The notes under the pieces were generated by a model that saw only the letters and a program-made list of their open reading frames with translations, did not search any database and was not told where the DNA came from. From Verrucomicrobiota bacterium (GTDB lineage Bacteria > Verrucomicrobiota > Verrucomicrobiia > Limisphaerales > SXQI01), in the NCBI GenBank assembly GCA_033762115.1, contig JANRLX010000016.1, positions 1 through 52,367 of the forward strand: DNA of 52,367 bases, written 5' to 3'. Both the position numbers and the translations under genes were made by a program. The number at the start of each line of letters is the position of its first letter. Positions within the stretch are counted from its first letter, which is position 1. Positions 9,701-21,597 of this stretch are shown here, piece after piece.

Positions 9701-10939
9701 TTATTGTTCCGGGCTGAAGCCGCTCTTTCTTAGGGCGGCTTCAATTTCGGTGAGATGTGCCTGATCGCGGCTTTCGACCAGGCAATGAATCGTAACCTTG
9801 CTCAAATCATCGCTCGCAAAAGCCCGATCATGCTCAATCTGGATAATGCTTCCTTCAGCAACCGCAACAACCAAGGCAAATTCTGCCAGCCCACCCGGAC
9901 GGTCACTGATCGTGCAGGTAATTCGTCCCAATCGACCATCCGCTGCCAAACCGCGTTCAATCACTCGCCCCAAGGTTGTGGTGTCAATATTCCCCCCGCA
10001 GAGTGGAAGAACCACTGTTTGATTTTTCAAATGTGACAGCTTCCCCGTAAGGAGGGCGGCCAGAGGGACTGCTCCTGCCCCTTCCACAACCGCTTTTTCC
10101 AGCTCGATCAGTTTAAGAATGGCGAGTGCGATCTCTTTTTCACCGACCTCCACCCATTCATCAATCAACGGAGCAAGGATTGACCAGGCCCGCTCCCCCA
10201 AAACTGGAACAGCCAACCCATCCGCAAGCGTCTTCTCTATTCGATTGGGAATAGGAGAACCCGTCTCCATGGCGGCTTTCAAACTGCCGACGCGTCCCGG
10301 TTGGGCTGCAATAATGCGTACATCAGGTCGGATTGATTTCAGGACCAGGGCGATTCCAGCAGCCAATCCACCACCGCCCACCGGCAGGATGATCGCATTG
10401 AACTGAGGAACTTGCTCAATCAATTCCAGAGCAATCGTCCCCTGCCCTGCAATGATCGCAGCATCATTGAATCCATTGATATAGGTAAGCCCCTCCTCTT
10501 TTACAATTCGAAGCGCAAGTTCTCGTGCTTCCTGAATATCATTCCCATGGAGCAATACTCGCGCATTGTGTTTACGGCAATTTGCAATCTTGGTAATGGG
10601 GGCGCTTTTTGGCATCACCACCGTCACGGGTATTGAAAGCGATCGCCCATGCCAGCTGAGGCCAAGGGCATGATTGCCAGCGGACGCTGCAATCACGCCA
10701 GTCAAGCGTTGTTCAGGGGAAAGTAGTAGAAGGGCATTTCTCGCTCCCCGTTCCTTGAATGAACCGGTTCGTTGAAGGTATTCCAGTTTGCAAAAAATCG
10801 AAGATCCGGTCAGATCACTTAATGCAGGTGAAGGAGGACAGGGCGTGCGAAGGATCGCATCGTTGATTCGCGTAGCGGCATCCTGAACATCTACCAGGGT
10901 GACACTTTTTATCTGGTTCAATTCCCTCTGAGTTGACAC
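9701..10939 (-). CDS. ilvA: Threonine ammonia-lyase (PLP-dependent) with a C-terminal ACT domain
   Basis: KLEYLQRTGSFKERGA (PLP lysine), ASAGNHA, PVGGGGL, GGNID and the ACT motif DRPGGL. Confidence 0.9.
   Translation of the reverse strand: MSTQRELNQIKSVTLVDVQDAATRINDAILRTPCPPSPALSDLTGSSIFCKLEYLQRTGSFKERGARNALLLLSPEQRLTGVIAASAGNHALGLSWHGRSLSIPVTVVMPKSAPITKIANCRKHNARVLLHGNDIQEARELALRIVKEEGLTYINGFNDAAIIAGQGTIALELIEQVPQFNAIILPVGGGGLAAGIALVLKSIRPDVRIIAAQPGRVGSLKAAMETGSPIPNRIEKTLADGLAVPVLGERAWSILAPLIDEWVEVGEKEIALAILKLIELEKAVVEGAGAVPLAALLTGKLSHLKNQTVVLPLCGGNIDTTTLGRVIERGLAADGRLGRITCTISDRPGGLAEFALVVAVAEGSIIQIEHDRAFASDDLSKVTIHCLVESRDQAHLTEIEAALRKSGFSPEQ
9715..9743 (+). terminator. Hairpin within the last ilvA codons; possible terminator for the convergent Gly-rich gene
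   Basis: TGAAGCCGC...GCGGCTTCA inverted repeat about 20 nt after the stop at 9696. The U-tract is weak. Confidence 0.4.
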
Positions 10940-11027
10940 GGGTAAACTATAGCAGACTCAAAGCAAACCACATTTTCCATTCAGGAACGAATGCAAGCTT
11001 TTGAAGATCAATTACCTGGGTGGTTTA

Positions 11028-11055
11028 TTGACAAGCTTTTGAGGTATGGTACGAT
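11028..11055 (+). promoter_or_regulatory. sigma70 promoter for the riboswitch-kup transcript
   Basis: TTGACA (11028-33), a 16-nt spacer, then TACGAT (11050-55) preceded by TGn. Predicted start is just before the aptamer. Confidence 0.65.
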
Positions 11056-11062
11056 CGTAGCC

Positions 11063-11212
11063 AGCAGCCTAAATCCGGCGAAATGAAAGCTGGATGCGGG
11101 GGAACCAATTCCTCATGGGAGGATGGGGCTAACCTGACCGTGAACCGGTCAGGCGGTTACTTTCAAGACCGAGCCCGGCAGCTAACCCCGTCGGCATAAT
11201 TGGAAGGGCGAT
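11063..11212 (+). ncRNA. c-di-AMP riboswitch (ydaO/yuaA class)
   Basis: Conserved blocks appear in the expected order: GCCTAAATCC..GGAT, GCGGGGGAACCA, TGGGGCTAACC, CCGAGCCCGGCAGCTAACCCCGTCGGC and GGAAGGG. It lies directly upstream of a K+ uptake gene, a typical target of this class. Confidence 0.9.
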
Positions 11213-11298
11213 CTTTGATGACCGGATGCGTCTTCGCGATTACCCAACCATGAAGAACCAGCTTTCACGCAAAGCTGAATGTTTGGGATTGCTCGAAT

Positions 11299-13182
11299 AT
11301 GGATACGCATAACGGACGGTCAAAAATGGGAGGTTTGGTCCTTGGAGCGCTTGGCGTTGTTTATGGAGATATTGGGACCAGCCCGCTGTATGCCTTGAGG
11401 GAATGTTTTCATGGTTCCCACAAAATCCCGGTAACTCCCGAAAACGTCCTCGGCGTTTTGTCCCTCATTTTCTGGTCATTAACGGTTCTGGTTTCGATTA
11501 AATACCTGACTTTTGTCATGCGGGCTGCCAACAAAGGTGAAGGGGGCATTCTATCGTTAATGTCTCTTGCGTTCCCGGATCGCAACCTTGGGAACCTGGT
11601 TGGAAGCAAAAAAATGATGATTGCCCTGGGCATTTTTGGGGCAGCGCTTCTTTACGGGGATGGAATGATCACTCCCGCCATCACGATTCTTGGAGCGGTG
11701 GAAGGGTTGAACGTGGTCACAACCGCATTTGAGCCTTTCATTATTCCTATTACAATCGGGATCATCCTCGCAGTGTTCATGGTCCAGAAAATTGGCACTT
11801 CAGGTGTCGGACGGTTGTTTGGGCCTGTCATATGCCTGTGGTTCCTGGTGATTAGTGTTCTTGGAATCAAGCAAACCATCGAATCTCCAGCGGTGCTGGC
11901 CGCAGTTAATCCAGTCTACGGGATCAAATTTTTATTCAATAACGGTTGGGCCGGATTTGTGGTGCTGGGCGCTGTTTTTCTTTGTGTGACCGGGGGGGAG
12001 GCATTGTATGCCGATATGGGGCACTTTGGCCGGAAACCAATCCGCCGAGCCTGGTTTACGATAGTCATGCCCGCTCTGTTCCTCAACTACCTTGGACAGG
12101 GCTCCCTCTTGCTTGAAAATCCTGAGGCGGCAGCCAATCCATTTTATCAACTTTCGCCGAAATGGTTTCTCACCCCGTTAGTTATTCTGGCGACATCGGC
12201 CGCAGTCATCGCTTCCCAGGCATTGATCTCGGGCGCCTACTCTCTCTCAATGCAAGCCATCCAGCTGGGCTACTCGCCGAGGTTGGAAATTGAGCACACT
12301 TCCCAACATCATCGAGGACAGATTTACATGCCCAAGATCAACTGGATTTTAATGTGTTGTTGCATTGGGCTGGTCCTTGGCTTTCGTTCCTCCACCAATC
12401 TGGCCGCTGCTTATGGTATTGCGGTCACACTTACGATGTTGATCACCACAGTGCTCTTCTATTTTGCTTCTCAACGAATCTGGGGCTGGAGCAAGCTGAC
12501 CGCCGGAAGCATCTGTGCAGTCTTCATCATCGTGGAAGGGGCATTCTGCGCGGCAAATTTGCTGAAAATCGCGCATGGAGGCTGGTTCCCGCTGGCAGTG
12601 GGATTGGTGATTTTCACCTTAATGTCCACCTGGAAGACCGGACGCAGAATATTGGGCGAGCGGTTGCGCGCGAGTTCCCTACCCTACGAGATGTTCCTGA
12701 TGGATGTGAAACAACATCCTCCGGTGCGGGTTTCCGGCACCGCAATTTTCATGGCAGGAAATTCAGAAGGAACCCCTCTAGCGCTGTTGCATAATCTCAA
12801 GCATAACAAAGTCCTTCATGAACGGGTGGTCCTGCTGACAATCTCCACTGAAGAAGTGCCCCATATGGAAGAGGGGGAGCGTGTCATGATTGAAAATCTG
12901 GAGGAGGGATTTTATCGGGTCCGCGCCTTTTACGGGTTTATGGAGGACCCCAACGTGCCGGAGGTGCTGGAGCATTGCAGGAAGAAAGGCCTGGAATTGA
13001 ATCCCGAGAGCAGCACGTTTTTCCTCAGTCGTGAAACGATTATCCCAAGTGCAAACCCGGGAATGATGCTCTGGCGCGAACGCCTGTTCGCCTACATGTC
13101 CCGGAATGCTCAGCGGGCGACAGCATTTTTTCACCTGCCAGCCAACCGGGTGGTGGAACTCGGAATGCAGGTCGAGATTTAA
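11299..13182 (+). CDS. kup: KUP/HAK/KT-family potassium transporter
   Basis: ALGVVYGDIGTSPLYA, GEGG, YGDGMITPAI, GEALYADMGHFG, GQIYMP and C-terminal RVVELGMQVEI. Confidence 0.96.
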   Translation: MDTHNGRSKMGGLVLGALGVVYGDIGTSPLYALRECFHGSHKIPVTPENVLGVLSLIFWSLTVLVSIKYLTFVMRAANKGEGGILSLMSLAFPDRNLGNLVGSKKMMIALGIFGAALLYGDGMITPAITILGAVEGLNVVTTAFEPFIIPITIGIILAVFMVQKIGTSGVGRLFGPVICLWFLVISVLGIKQTIESPAVLAAVNPVYGIKFLFNNGWAGFVVLGAVFLCVTGGEALYADMGHFGRKPIRRAWFTIVMPALFLNYLGQGSLLLENPEAAANPFYQLSPKWFLTPLVILATSAAVIASQALISGAYSLSMQAIQLGYSPRLEIEHTSQHHRGQIYMPKINWILMCCCIGLVLGFRSSTNLAAAYGIAVTLTMLITTVLFYFASQRIWGWSKLTAGSICAVFIIVEGAFCAANLLKIAHGGWFPLAVGLVIFTLMSTWKTGRRILGERLRASSLPYEMFLMDVKQHPPVRVSGTAIFMAGNSEGTPLALLHNLKHNKVLHERVVLLTISTEEVPHMEEGERVMIENLEEGFYRVRAFYGFMEDPNVPEVLEHCRKKGLELNPESSTFFLSRETIIPSANPGMMLWRERLFAYMSRNAQRATAFFHLPANRVVELGMQVEI

Positions 13183-13335
13183 GAGACCCGATCCCTTTTC
13201 CGCTCCTGTTCTGTGCGAGGCTGCGGCTCACCGTTTTGCGCCGGGGTCACTTTGGGATCTTTCGCCGGAGCTTTCCTCTTGCCATCGTCAATGACATCCT
13301 GCCGTCGTGCCGCCCTTTTATCTGCCAGTCTCATA

Positions 13336-13376
13336 AAGAAAAATGCCGCCTGGCCTAAAAAGGGCAAGCGGCATTG
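13336..13376 (-). terminator. Rho-independent terminator after gltD
   Basis: Minus strand AATGCCGC...GCGGCATT stem followed by TTTCTTT. Confidence 0.6.
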
Positions 13377-13390
13377 AAAATGAGTTAAGC

Positions 13391-14872
13391 TTAAGGGAGA
13401 TCCGTATGGCCCATCAGGTAACGGTCACATTCGCGGGCGGCACCCCGACCCTCATTAAAGGCCCAGACCACAAGACTTTGACCTCGACGGGCATCGCCTG
13501 CAGCAAACACTCCTTTAATGTTGGTGGTAAATTTCCCATGGTCAGACTTGATATTTGTCCTCGCATCACGCTCCACTCCCAACGCTTCGAGAAGCGGCTG
13601 TTCAGGCCCGAGAAAACCCATGGCCAGCAGCACCAGCTGAGCAGGGCGGATTTTTTCAGTTCCCGGAATTTCGACAGGAACGAAACGGCCCTGGGCATCT
13701 TTCTCCCATTTGATTTCAACAGTGTGGATTTCTTTCACGTGCCCGTTTTCATCACCGACCAGTTTCTTGGTTGTGGTGAGATAGATGCGAGGGTCAGCGC
13801 CGAATTTAGCTTCGGCTTCTTCCTGGCCGTAATCCATCTTGTAAACTTTCGGCCACTCAGGCCACGGATTATCCCTGGCCCTTTCCATTGGAGGTTTTGG
13901 CAGGATTTCCAATTGAATCAGGCTTTTGCAGCCGTGACGAAGGGAAGTGCCAACGCAATCCGTTCCGGTATCGCCGCCACCGATGACGACCACATCTTTT
14001 CCTTCGGCAGAAATGAAACTTCCATTTCGATGGTTGTCGAGCAGCGCCTTGGTATTTCCATGGAGAAACTCCATGGCAAAATGAACCCCTTTGAGATTGC
14101 GGCCTTCAATGGGTAAATCCCGCGGTTTTGTCGCTCCCGTGCAAAGCACAACAGCATCAAAATCCTTCAATAATTTTTCGGCGGGGTAGTTCTTTCCGAC
14201 TTCAGTGTTTGTCAGGAATTGAACCCCTTCCTTGGCCAGCATGTCCACGCGACGAAGGACCAGTTCCTTGTCCAGCTTCATGTTGGGAATGCCATACATG
14301 AGCAACCCACCGATACGATCGGCTCGCTCAAAAACCGTGACGAGGTGACCCGCTTTATTCAATTGTGCGGCAGCGCAAAGCCCTGCCGGACCGGAGCCAA
14401 CCACTGCAACCTTTTTACCGGTGCGTGTGGCGGGCGGGTCTGCCTCGATCCATCCTTCATCCCAACCGCGGTCAGCAATGGATGCCTCAATGTTCTTGAT
14501 CGTGACCGGCGGTGAATGAATTCCGAGGACGCAGGAGCCTTCGCACGGAGCAGGGCAAACGCGTCCGGTGAACTCTGGAAAATTGTTGGTCTTGTGAAGG
14601 CGTTCCAACGCTTCCTTCCATAAACCGCGATAGACCAGGTCGTTCCACTCGGGAATGAGGTTATTAATGGGGCATCCGGAGGCCATTCCGCTGAGCAGCA
14701 TGCCGGTGTGGCAAAAGGGCACGCCACAATCCATGCAGCGGGCTCCCTGCTCCGCCAGTTTTTTTTCCTCCATGTGAAGGTGGAATTCCTTGAAGTCGCT
14801 AATCCGCTCAATTGGGGTGCGATCTGCAGGCAGTTCGCGGAGGTAGTCGATAAATCCGGTAGGTTTACCCAT
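13391..14872 (-). CDS. gltD: Glutamate synthase small (beta) subunit
   Basis: [29 protein letters not shown] and [16 protein letters not shown]. Confidence 0.97.
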   Translation of the reverse strand: MGKPTGFIDYLRELPADRTPIERISDFKEFHLHMEEKKLAEQGARCMDCGVPFCHTGMLLSGMASGCPINNLIPEWNDLVYRGLWKEALERLHKTNNFPEFTGRVCPAPCEGSCVLGIHSPPVTIKNIEASIADRGWDEGWIEADPPATRTGKKVAVVGSGPAGLCAAAQLNKAGHLVTVFERADRIGGLLMYGIPNMKLDKELVLRRVDMLAKEGVQFLTNTEVGKNYPAEKLLKDFDAVVLCTGATKPRDLPIEGRNLKGVHFAMEFLHGNTKALLDNHRNGSFISAEGKDVVVIGGGDTGTDCVGTSLRHGCKSLIQLEILPKPPMERARDNPWPEWPKVYKMDYGQEEAEAKFGADPRIYLTTTKKLVGDENGHVKEIHTVEIKWEKDAQGRFVPVEIPGTEKIRPAQLVLLAMGFLGPEQPLLEALGVERDARTNIKSDHGKFTTNIKGVFAAGDARRGQSLVVWAFNEGRGAARECDRYLMGHTDLP

Positions 14873-14903
14873 TTGTTAATTATGTAAAGGTGAAGAGAAT
14901 TAA

Positions 14904-17900
14904 TCAGCCGCCGCCGATACGAGCTTCGTCGCGGGCATTCGCCTCGAATGCAGCCATGACCGCTTCATCGCCGCTCAGGCCCTGATCTTCCGCACGTTTG
15001 ATTGCTTTGAGCATCCGGTTGTAATCCTTCGGCAGAACTTTGATGAATTTCGGAACCATGTCCTCCCATAAAGCCAGGACCTTCCAGGCCCGCTGGCTTT
15101 TCGTATAGTTGGCGTGGCGTTGAATCATCTGCCGCACTTGTTCCATCTCAGTGGCATCATCCAATTTTTCCAGAGTGACACCCTGCATGTTGCATCGTGC
15201 AGGAAATTCATTCTTTTCATCAAGGATGTACGCCACACCACCACTCATGCCGGCAGCGAAGTTTCGGCCGGTTGACCCAAGGATCACCACACGTCCGCCA
15301 GTCATGTATTCGCATCCGTGATCGCCAACCGATTCCACAACGGTGTTTACCCCGCTGTTTCGGACACAAAAACGTTCCCCGGCCATGCCGCCAATGTAAA
15401 CTTCGCCACTGGTCGCCCCGTAAAGAGCAACGTTGCCAATGATAATGTTTTCTTCGGCAATAAAAGTTGAACCCGCAGGAGGGTGGATGATGATTTTGCC
15501 GCCGGAAAGGCCTTTACCCACGTAATCGTTGGCATCACCTTCCAGCCGCAATGTCATTCCTTTCGGAACGAAGGCGCCAAAACTCTGGCCCGCAGAACCT
15601 TTGAAGTTCAACTGAATGGTATCTTCCGGCAACCCTTCCGCGCCATGCAGGCGGGTCACTTCGCTGCCAAGAATGGTGCCGACAACCCGGTTGACATTCC
15701 TGACGGGGACATCGGCAATGACTCGTTCCCTTCTTTCCAGGGCGGGCTTGCAAAGATCCAGCAACACCCGTTTATCCAGCGAGTCTTCAAGCCCATGGTC
15801 CTGGGGAATTGAAGCGAAACGACCAACATCATCGGCCACGTTTGGTTGATAAAGTAATTTCGAAAAGTCCAGTCCCCTGGCTTTCCAATGATCAATCGCC
15901 TTTCGTGGCTCCAGTCGATCAGTGCGGCCAATCATTTCATTGATCGTGCGGAAACCCAGTTGGGCCATCAATTCCCGCACTTCCATGGCAATGAAGCGCA
16001 TGAAATTTACCGCATGCGCAGGATCGCCGGTAAATTTTTTCCGAAGCTCCGGATCCTGTGTGGCAACTCCCACCGGACAGGTATTCAGGTGACAGACCCG
16101 CATCATGATGCAGCCCAGCGCCACTAACGGCGCGGTGGCGAACCCGAATTCCTCAGCGCCGAGCAATGCTGCGATCACCACGTCACGGCCGGTCTTGAGC
16201 TGTCCATCTGTCTCCACCACGATACGGCTGCGGAGATTGTTCAGGAGAAGCGTTTGATGGGTTTCGGCCAATCCGAGTTCCCAAGGAATTCCCGCGTGCT
16301 TGATCGAAGTCAATGGTGATGCTCCGGTGCCGCCGTCATATCCGCTGATCAGGACAACGTCCGAATGAGCTTTGGCAACGCCCGCGGCCACTGTTCCGAC
16401 CCCGACTTCAGCCACCAGTTTCACGCTGATTCGAGCGCGCGGATTTGCATTCTTGAGGTCATGAATCAGTTCAGCCAAATCCTCAATGGAATAAATATCA
16501 TGATGAGGAGGTGGCGAAATCAGACCCACCCCAGTTGTGGAAAGGCGGACCTTCGCAATCCAGGGGTAAACTTTGCCACCGGGGAGTTGTCCCCCCTCGC
16601 CGGGCTTGGCCCCCTGAGCCATCTTGATCTGAATTTCCTGGGCATTGACAAGATAATTGCTCGTGACACCGAATCGACCGGACGCCACTTGTTTGATGGC
16701 GCTGTTTTTGGAGTCGCCATTCGGTTCGCGGACATAACGAGCCGGGTCCTCCCCACCTTCGCCAGTATTGCTTTTTCCACCAATCCGGTTCATCGCAATC
16801 GCAAGGCTTTCATGCGCTTCCTTGCTGATCGAACCGTAAGACATCGCTCCTGTTTTGAACCGTTTCAGGATTGCTTCGACTGGTTCCACTTCTTCAAGCG
16901 GGATCGGTGAAGGAGCAAGTTTCAGGTCGAGCAACCCACGAAGAGTAGCGACCCGTTTGACCTGTTCATTGACCAGCGCCGAGTATTCCTTGAAGGTCTT
17001 GTAATTGTCAGTGCGGACCGCGTGCTGCAATTTATGCACTGTTTGCGGGCTGAACAGGTGCAACTCTCCATCCTGCCGCCACTGATACTGGCCACCCACA
17101 TCGAGCGTATGGCCGTTGACCGGTCTCAATGGGAATGCGTGATTATGTCGGAACAGTACTTCCTGGGCGATTACATCCAGACCCACGCCTTCAACCCGGG
17201 AAGGTGTCCAGGTAAAATATTTATCGATGACAGATTGCTTTAATCCAATTGCCTCGAAAATTTGTGCGCCTCGATAGCTCTGGATGGTCGAAATCCCCAT
17301 TTTGGAGATGACTTTTACCACCCCTTTGACCCCTGCCTTGACAAAGTTTTTGCAGGCAGTTTTATGATCCACATCCTTCAGCAGTCCCTGGCGAATCATA
17401 TCATCCAGCGTTTCGAACGCGAGATAAGGATTAATTGCGCCCGCGCCATACCCGATCAATAAAGAGAAGTGATGCACTTCGCGTGGTTCGCCGGATTCCA
17501 GCACCAGCCCCACCCGGGTGCGGGTGCCTTCCCGAATCATGTGATGGTGCAACCCGGAAACAGCAAGCAAGGACGAGATCGGCGCATTTTCGCGATCCAC
17601 CCCCCGGTCCGACAGGATGATGATATTGTAACCATCCTTGATCGCCTGTGTTGCTTTGACGTAAAGCTCTTCCATTGCCCGTTCGAGCCCCTTTTCACGT
17701 TCGGAAGCCTTGAACAGGATCGGTAAAGTGACGGATTTAAAACCGGGCTGATCGATATGCCTGAGCTTGGCCAATTCTTCATTTGTCAGGATTGGCGATT
17801 TCAATTCGATCAGGTGGCAACTCTCCGGACGCGGCTTGATCAGGTTCCCTTCCGTGCCAATCGTCGTCACGGCTGAGGTTACAATCTCTTCCCGGATACA

Positions 17901-19538
17901 ATCGATGGGAGGATTGGTGACCTGGGCAAACAACTGCTTGAAATAGTTGAAGAGCGTCTGAGGCTTGTCAGACAACACTGCCAATGGAGTGTCCGTTCCC
18001 ATGGAACCGATTGCTTCAACCCCGGTGCGGGCCATCGGAACCATCAGAATGCGGAGATCTTCAAATGTATAGCCGAACGCCTGCTGGCGACGCAGCACGG
18101 TCTCATGGCTCGGTTCAGGTAACTGTTCCGGATCAGGAATATCGGCGAGTTTTAACAAGTATTTGTCCAGCCATTGCCGATAAGGCTGCTCGCTGACAAT
18201 GGCTTTTTTGATTTCTTCATCGGCAATGATTCGTCCTTTGATCGTATCGACCAGGAACATGCGTCCCGGCTGTAACCGTCCTTTTTCCAGGATGCGATCA
18301 GGAGGAATATCCAGCACACCGACTTCAGAAGCCATGATGACCAGGTCATCCTTGGTCACATAATAACGGGATGGGCGGAGGCCGTTCCGATCCAAAGTCG
18401 CCCCCATGACAAACCCATCGGTAAAGGCCACGGAAGCAGGACCGTCCCAGGGCTCCATCAGGCAGCTGTGATATTCGTAAAAAGCTTTTCGCTCATCACT
18501 CATGCTTTCATGGTTCGCCCACGGCTCCGGGATCATCATCATCATCGCGTGAGGCAACGACCGGCCACTGAGCACCAGCAGTTCGAGGCAGTTATCGAAC
18601 ATTGCAGAATCGCTGCCGTCCGTTTCGATGACAGGCAACAATTTCTTGATGTCTTCACCGAACAGCTCGGACTCGAACATCGACTCGCGGGCATGCATCC
18701 AATTGATGTTGCCGCGGAGGGTGTTGATTTCCCCATTATGGGCGATGTAACGGTAAGGATGAGCACGTTCCCAGCTTGGGAATGTGTTCGTGCTGAATCG
18801 TGAATGGACCAGCGCCAATGCGCTTTCCACTCGGGAATCAGCGAGATCAGGATAAAATTCATCCACCTGCTCGGACATGAGCATCCCCTTATAAATAATC
18901 GTCTTATAAGAGAGGCTCGGGATATAAAAGCGAGATCCACCCAGGAAGTTACCGCGGCGAATGGTGTGGGTGGCAATGGCGCGAATGACATACAGCTTTC
19001 GCTCGAATGCCATTTCATCCTTTAATGCCGGGTTGCGGCCGATGAAAATCTGCCGGACAAACGGCTCTGACATTTTGGCTGTTGCGCCAAGAGTCTCATT
19101 TCGTGTGGGAACAGTTCGCCAGCCGAGACATTCCTGCCCTTCGGCCTTGACGATCTCCTCGAATTTCTTTTCGCAGGCAGCCCGTTCCTGCGGATCCTGC
19201 GGCAGATAAACCATCCCCACACCGTAATGGCCGAACTCAGGAACTTTGATTCCTGCCTCCGCGCCCGCTTCCTTGAGGAACCGGTGCGGCAGCTGCATGA
19301 GAATACCGGCGCCATCCCCGGTGTTGTGCTCACATCCGCACGCGCCGCGATGACGCAAATTGATCAGAATAGTCAACGCCTGCCGGATGATTTCGTGTGA
19401 TTTTTTCCCCTTGATGTTGACAACAAATCCCACGCCGCACGCGTCATGCTCGAACTGCGGGTCGTACAACCCCTGCTTGGACGGCAATCCCGTCAAGCTT
19501 CTGCCTTCCGATCTACTCTGCACTGCATCAATATTCAT
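14904..19538 (-). CDS. gltB: Glutamate synthase large (alpha) subunit
   Basis: [14 protein letters not shown] (N-terminal nucleophile Cys after processing), [18 protein letters not shown] and [12 protein letters not shown]. Start set at ATG 19538. Confidence 0.97.
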   Translation of the reverse strand: MNIDAVQSRSEGRSLTGLPSKQGLYDPQFEHDACGVGFVVNIKGKKSHEIIRQALTILINLRHRGACGCEHNTGDGAGILMQLPHRFLKEAGAEAGIKVPEFGHYGVGMVYLPQDPQERAACEKKFEEIVKAEGQECLGWRTVPTRNETLGATAKMSEPFVRQIFIGRNPALKDEMAFERKLYVIRAIATHTIRRGNFLGGSRFYIPSLSYKTIIYKGMLMSEQVDEFYPDLADSRVESALALVHSRFSTNTFPSWERAHPYRYIAHNGEINTLRGNINWMHARESMFESELFGEDIKKLLPVIETDGSDSAMFDNCLELLVLSGRSLPHAMMMMIPEPWANHESMSDERKAFYEYHSCLMEPWDGPASVAFTDGFVMGATLDRNGLRPSRYYVTKDDLVIMASEVGVLDIPPDRILEKGRLQPGRMFLVDTIKGRIIADEEIKKAIVSEQPYRQWLDKYLLKLADIPDPEQLPEPSHETVLRRQQAFGYTFEDLRILMVPMARTGVEAIGSMGTDTPLAVLSDKPQTLFNYFKQLFAQVTNPPIDCIREEIVTSAVTTIGTEGNLIKPRPESCHLIELKSPILTNEELAKLRHIDQPGFKSVTLPILFKASEREKGLERAMEELYVKATQAIKDGYNIIILSDRGVDRENAPISSLLAVSGLHHHMIREGTRTRVGLVLESGEPREVHHFSLLIGYGAGAINPYLAFETLDDMIRQGLLKDVDHKTACKNFVKAGVKGVVKVISKMGISTIQSYRGAQIFEAIGLKQSVIDKYFTWTPSRVEGVGLDVIAQEVLFRHNHAFPLRPVNGHTLDVGGQYQWRQDGELHLFSPQTVHKLQHAVRTDNYKTFKEYSALVNEQVKRVATLRGLLDLKLAPSPIPLEEVEPVEAILKRFKTGAMSYGSISKEAHESLAIAMNRIGGKSNTGEGGEDPARYVREPNGDSKNSAIKQVASGRFGVTSNYLVNAQEIQIKMAQGAKPGEGGQLPGGKVYPWIAKVRLSTTGVGLISPPPHHDIYSIEDLAELIHDLKNANPRARISVKLVAEVGVGTVAAGVAKAHSDVVLISGYDGGTGASPLTSIKHAGIPWELGLAETHQTLLLNNLRSRIVVETDGQLKTGRDVVIAALLGAEEFGFATAPLVALGCIMMRVCHLNTCPVGVATQDPELRKKFTGDPAHAVNFMRFIAMEVRELMAQLGFRTINEMIGRTDRLEPRKAIDHWKARGLDFSKLLYQPNVADDVGRFASIPQDHGLEDSLDKRVLLDLCKPALERRERVIADVPVRNVNRVVGTILGSEVTRLHGAEGLPEDTIQLNFKGSAGQSFGAFVPKGMTLRLEGDANDYVGKGLSGGKIIIHPPAGSTFIAEENIIIGNVALYGATSGEVYIGGMAGERFCVRNSGVNTVVESVGDHGCEYMTGGRVVILGSTGRNFAAGMSGGVAYILDEKNEFPARCNMQGVTLEKLDDATEMEQVRQMIQRHANYTKSQRAWKVLALWEDMVPKFIKVLPKDYNRMLKAIKRAEDQGLSGDEAVMAAFEANARDEARIGGG

Positions 19539-19587
19539 TATTGGAGTGTCTGGTGTAATAGGATTTAACACCCTTTTCAATGTATTT

Positions 19588-21087
19588 TTATGAAGAATTT
19601 TGAACGTTTTTGCGCTGGGGCAAAGCACCCAGGAAAATCCGATAAAAGGAGGTTTTTAAAGGCTCTGAATCCAATCTTAATATCGGAGGCTCTCCATGGA
19701 TTGAATCAAACTGAACCGGTTCATCGCCGGTCAATTGAGTTATTGCGCTAATTTGCCCTGCTACAGGCATTGGAATTTCAATAATTCCCGGGTTGTTTTC
19801 TGTACTTAGCACCAGGTCAACAAATGGCTCGTTTTCTTTTGTCCAGAGAAGGCCCACGCAGCTGTGCAGCGTGGATCTTACCTGCAAAACCTCACATCGC
19901 CCCCGCCCAATCAAAGTCTTTGTTCTCAATTCCAGCAATGCATCATACATGAATGCAACCTGATTATCCACTTGTTCCTCTGGACGGGGAACAAGCTGGA
20001 TTCGGGCAAACTGTCTGCGGCCCTCCAACTGCCCTTCATGAATCAATTTCATCCCCGGCAACGCGAGCAGTAACCCAGCATTTTTTTGATGCTCCTGGAA
20101 ATTGAAAATGGCCGAACTTCGCTTTTCATCATGATTTTCCAAAAAATGCACCGATTTGGAAAGCTGCGGCAGAGGCGTTCGATCCAATAGTGCTGCGTAC
20201 CTGGCATAATCCCGAGCGACCAGGCAGTCATACGGCTCCTTGAAATAGGTATAATCAAACCCAAGTTCCTGCATCCGTTGTTCAAGGCCCCAATAAACTT
20301 CTGCAATGAACAAAAAGTCTGGAAATTTTTCTTTGATTCGCGGGATGGTCTCTTCCCAGAATTCCCGTTTCGGCATCCGCCAATGGTCCAGGAAGTTTCC
20401 CCAGGTTTTGGCAAAGACATCGTTCAGTAGCAGCATTGACATGTCGCAGCGCACGCCATCACAAAACGAGGCGACTTCTTCCAATTCAGCTTTTAATTCT
20501 TCCCTTGTTTCCGGGGAGAAGATATTTACCTGCACGGTATCACTCCACGGCGGGAAATGAGGGTCTCTTCCATTTGCCAGCCATACGCTTTTCGTTCCGC
20601 TGCGAACCTCTATTGAGGTTTCGCTGCTTGACGGCAATTGAACGAATCGACTTGGAAACCGGTGAATCCATCCGTGATCCACTCCCAGGTGGTTGGGCAC
20701 AAAATCGAGCAGCAGTTTCAAACCATGTTCATGCAGTCGCGCTCGAAATCTTTTTAGGGCGGCACCTTTCCCAAATCTTGCTGCAGGGGTGTAGGCTGCA
20801 ATGGCATAAGGAGAACCTTGAATATGGTCGGTTCGAACTGAATTAATAAATTCAGCAGGGTGTTCCTGTTTCCACCATAGCTCCCAACATTGCCGTGCAT
20901 GAAGTGCTGCCATCGGCCCTGTCTCCCATATTCCCATCAGCCAGATGTGAGTGAAACCAGCCCGTTTCCATTTCTTGAACTGCTCCTCGGGAACGGTGTC
21001 CAAAAATACAGGACGCCCTTCTGTTCGCTCCAATTCGTGCAACCATGAGCGGGTATTAATTTCGTAAACGATCGGGGTTGGGTGCAT
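19588..21087 (-). CDS. Alpha-amylase family (GH13) glycoside hydrolase
   Basis: DFVPNH, GVRCDM (nucleophile), FIAEVY (acid/base) and FLENHDE. Confidence 0.88.
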   Translation of the reverse strand: MHPTPIVYEINTRSWLHELERTEGRPVFLDTVPEEQFKKWKRAGFTHIWLMGIWETGPMAALHARQCWELWWKQEHPAEFINSVRTDHIQGSPYAIAAYTPAARFGKGAALKRFRARLHEHGLKLLLDFVPNHLGVDHGWIHRFPSRFVQLPSSSETSIEVRSGTKSVWLANGRDPHFPPWSDTVQVNIFSPETREELKAELEEVASFCDGVRCDMSMLLLNDVFAKTWGNFLDHWRMPKREFWEETIPRIKEKFPDFLFIAEVYWGLEQRMQELGFDYTYFKEPYDCLVARDYARYAALLDRTPLPQLSKSVHFLENHDEKRSSAIFNFQEHQKNAGLLLALPGMKLIHEGQLEGRRQFARIQLVPRPEEQVDNQVAFMYDALLELRTKTLIGRGRCEVLQVRSTLHSCVGLLWTKENEPFVDLVLSTENNPGIIEIPMPVAGQISAITQLTGDEPVQFDSIHGEPPILRLDSEPLKTSFYRIFLGALPQRKNVQNSS

Positions 21088-21114
21088 TGCCCTGAGCCGG
21101 ATGGGACAGAACCA

Positions 21115-21507
21115 TCAGCTATTCAGCACTTTGAGCGCTTTTTTTGGATCGGCAGCACGCAAGATCAGCAACCCCTTTTGTGCCTTGGGACTGGTGGCGC
21201 AATAGGCATACTCGATGTTGATTTTTGCTTTGGCAAGTTTATGGGCAATCTCCGCGAGGGCTCCCGGCTTGTTGGATCCTTCGATCATCAGTACATCCGA
21301 AGTCACAACCAATGTTCCATGCTCTTCGAAAATTTCCAATGCCCTGCGACTGTCGCTGACCACCATTCGAATGACGATATGATCCACGGTGTCGCTGCTG
21401 GAAATGGCGAAAATATTAATTTTTGCCGCACTCAACGCATCGCAAACACGCGCCAGCATGCCAGGGCGGTTATCCAGGAAAAGCGCGAGTTGTTGAGTGA
21501 TTTGCAC
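21115..21507 (-). CDS. Tandem ACT-domain protein
   Basis: DNRPGML and SNKPGAL ACT motifs, and INIEYAY. Probable GTG start at 21507. Confidence 0.85.
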   Translation of the reverse strand: MQITQQLALFLDNRPGMLARVCDALSAAKINIFAISSSDTVDHIVIRMVVSDSRRALEIFEEHGTLVVTSDVLMIEGSNKPGALAEIAHKLAKAKINIEYAYCATSPKAQKGLLILRAADPKKALKVLNS

Positions 21508-21597
21508 TGCGCCTACGCTACCGGCTTCTGTCTCTCTACGCAAGAACGCCGGTTGCAGTTCATCAACAACCGGTGCCCTTCGAGATGAAAAGTTGCC

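Noticed and set aside
11250..11312. 20-codon upstream ORF (MKNQLSRKAECLGLLEYGYA) overlapping the kup start
   Set aside because: No RBS, and an ORF of this length is expected by chance. The riboswitch already explains the leader.
13179..13367. 62-aa minus-strand ORF between kup and gltD
   Set aside because: It starts inside the gltD terminator hairpin and has no recognisable motif or RBS, so it cannot be supported.
13343..14116. 257-aa plus-strand ORF, and similar long antisense ORFs such as 22163-23119, 43367-44074, 44989-45645 and 46000-47121
   Set aside because: These are antisense shadows of well-supported conserved genes (gltD, bamA, ilvE, mcsB, clpC) and carry no motifs of their own.
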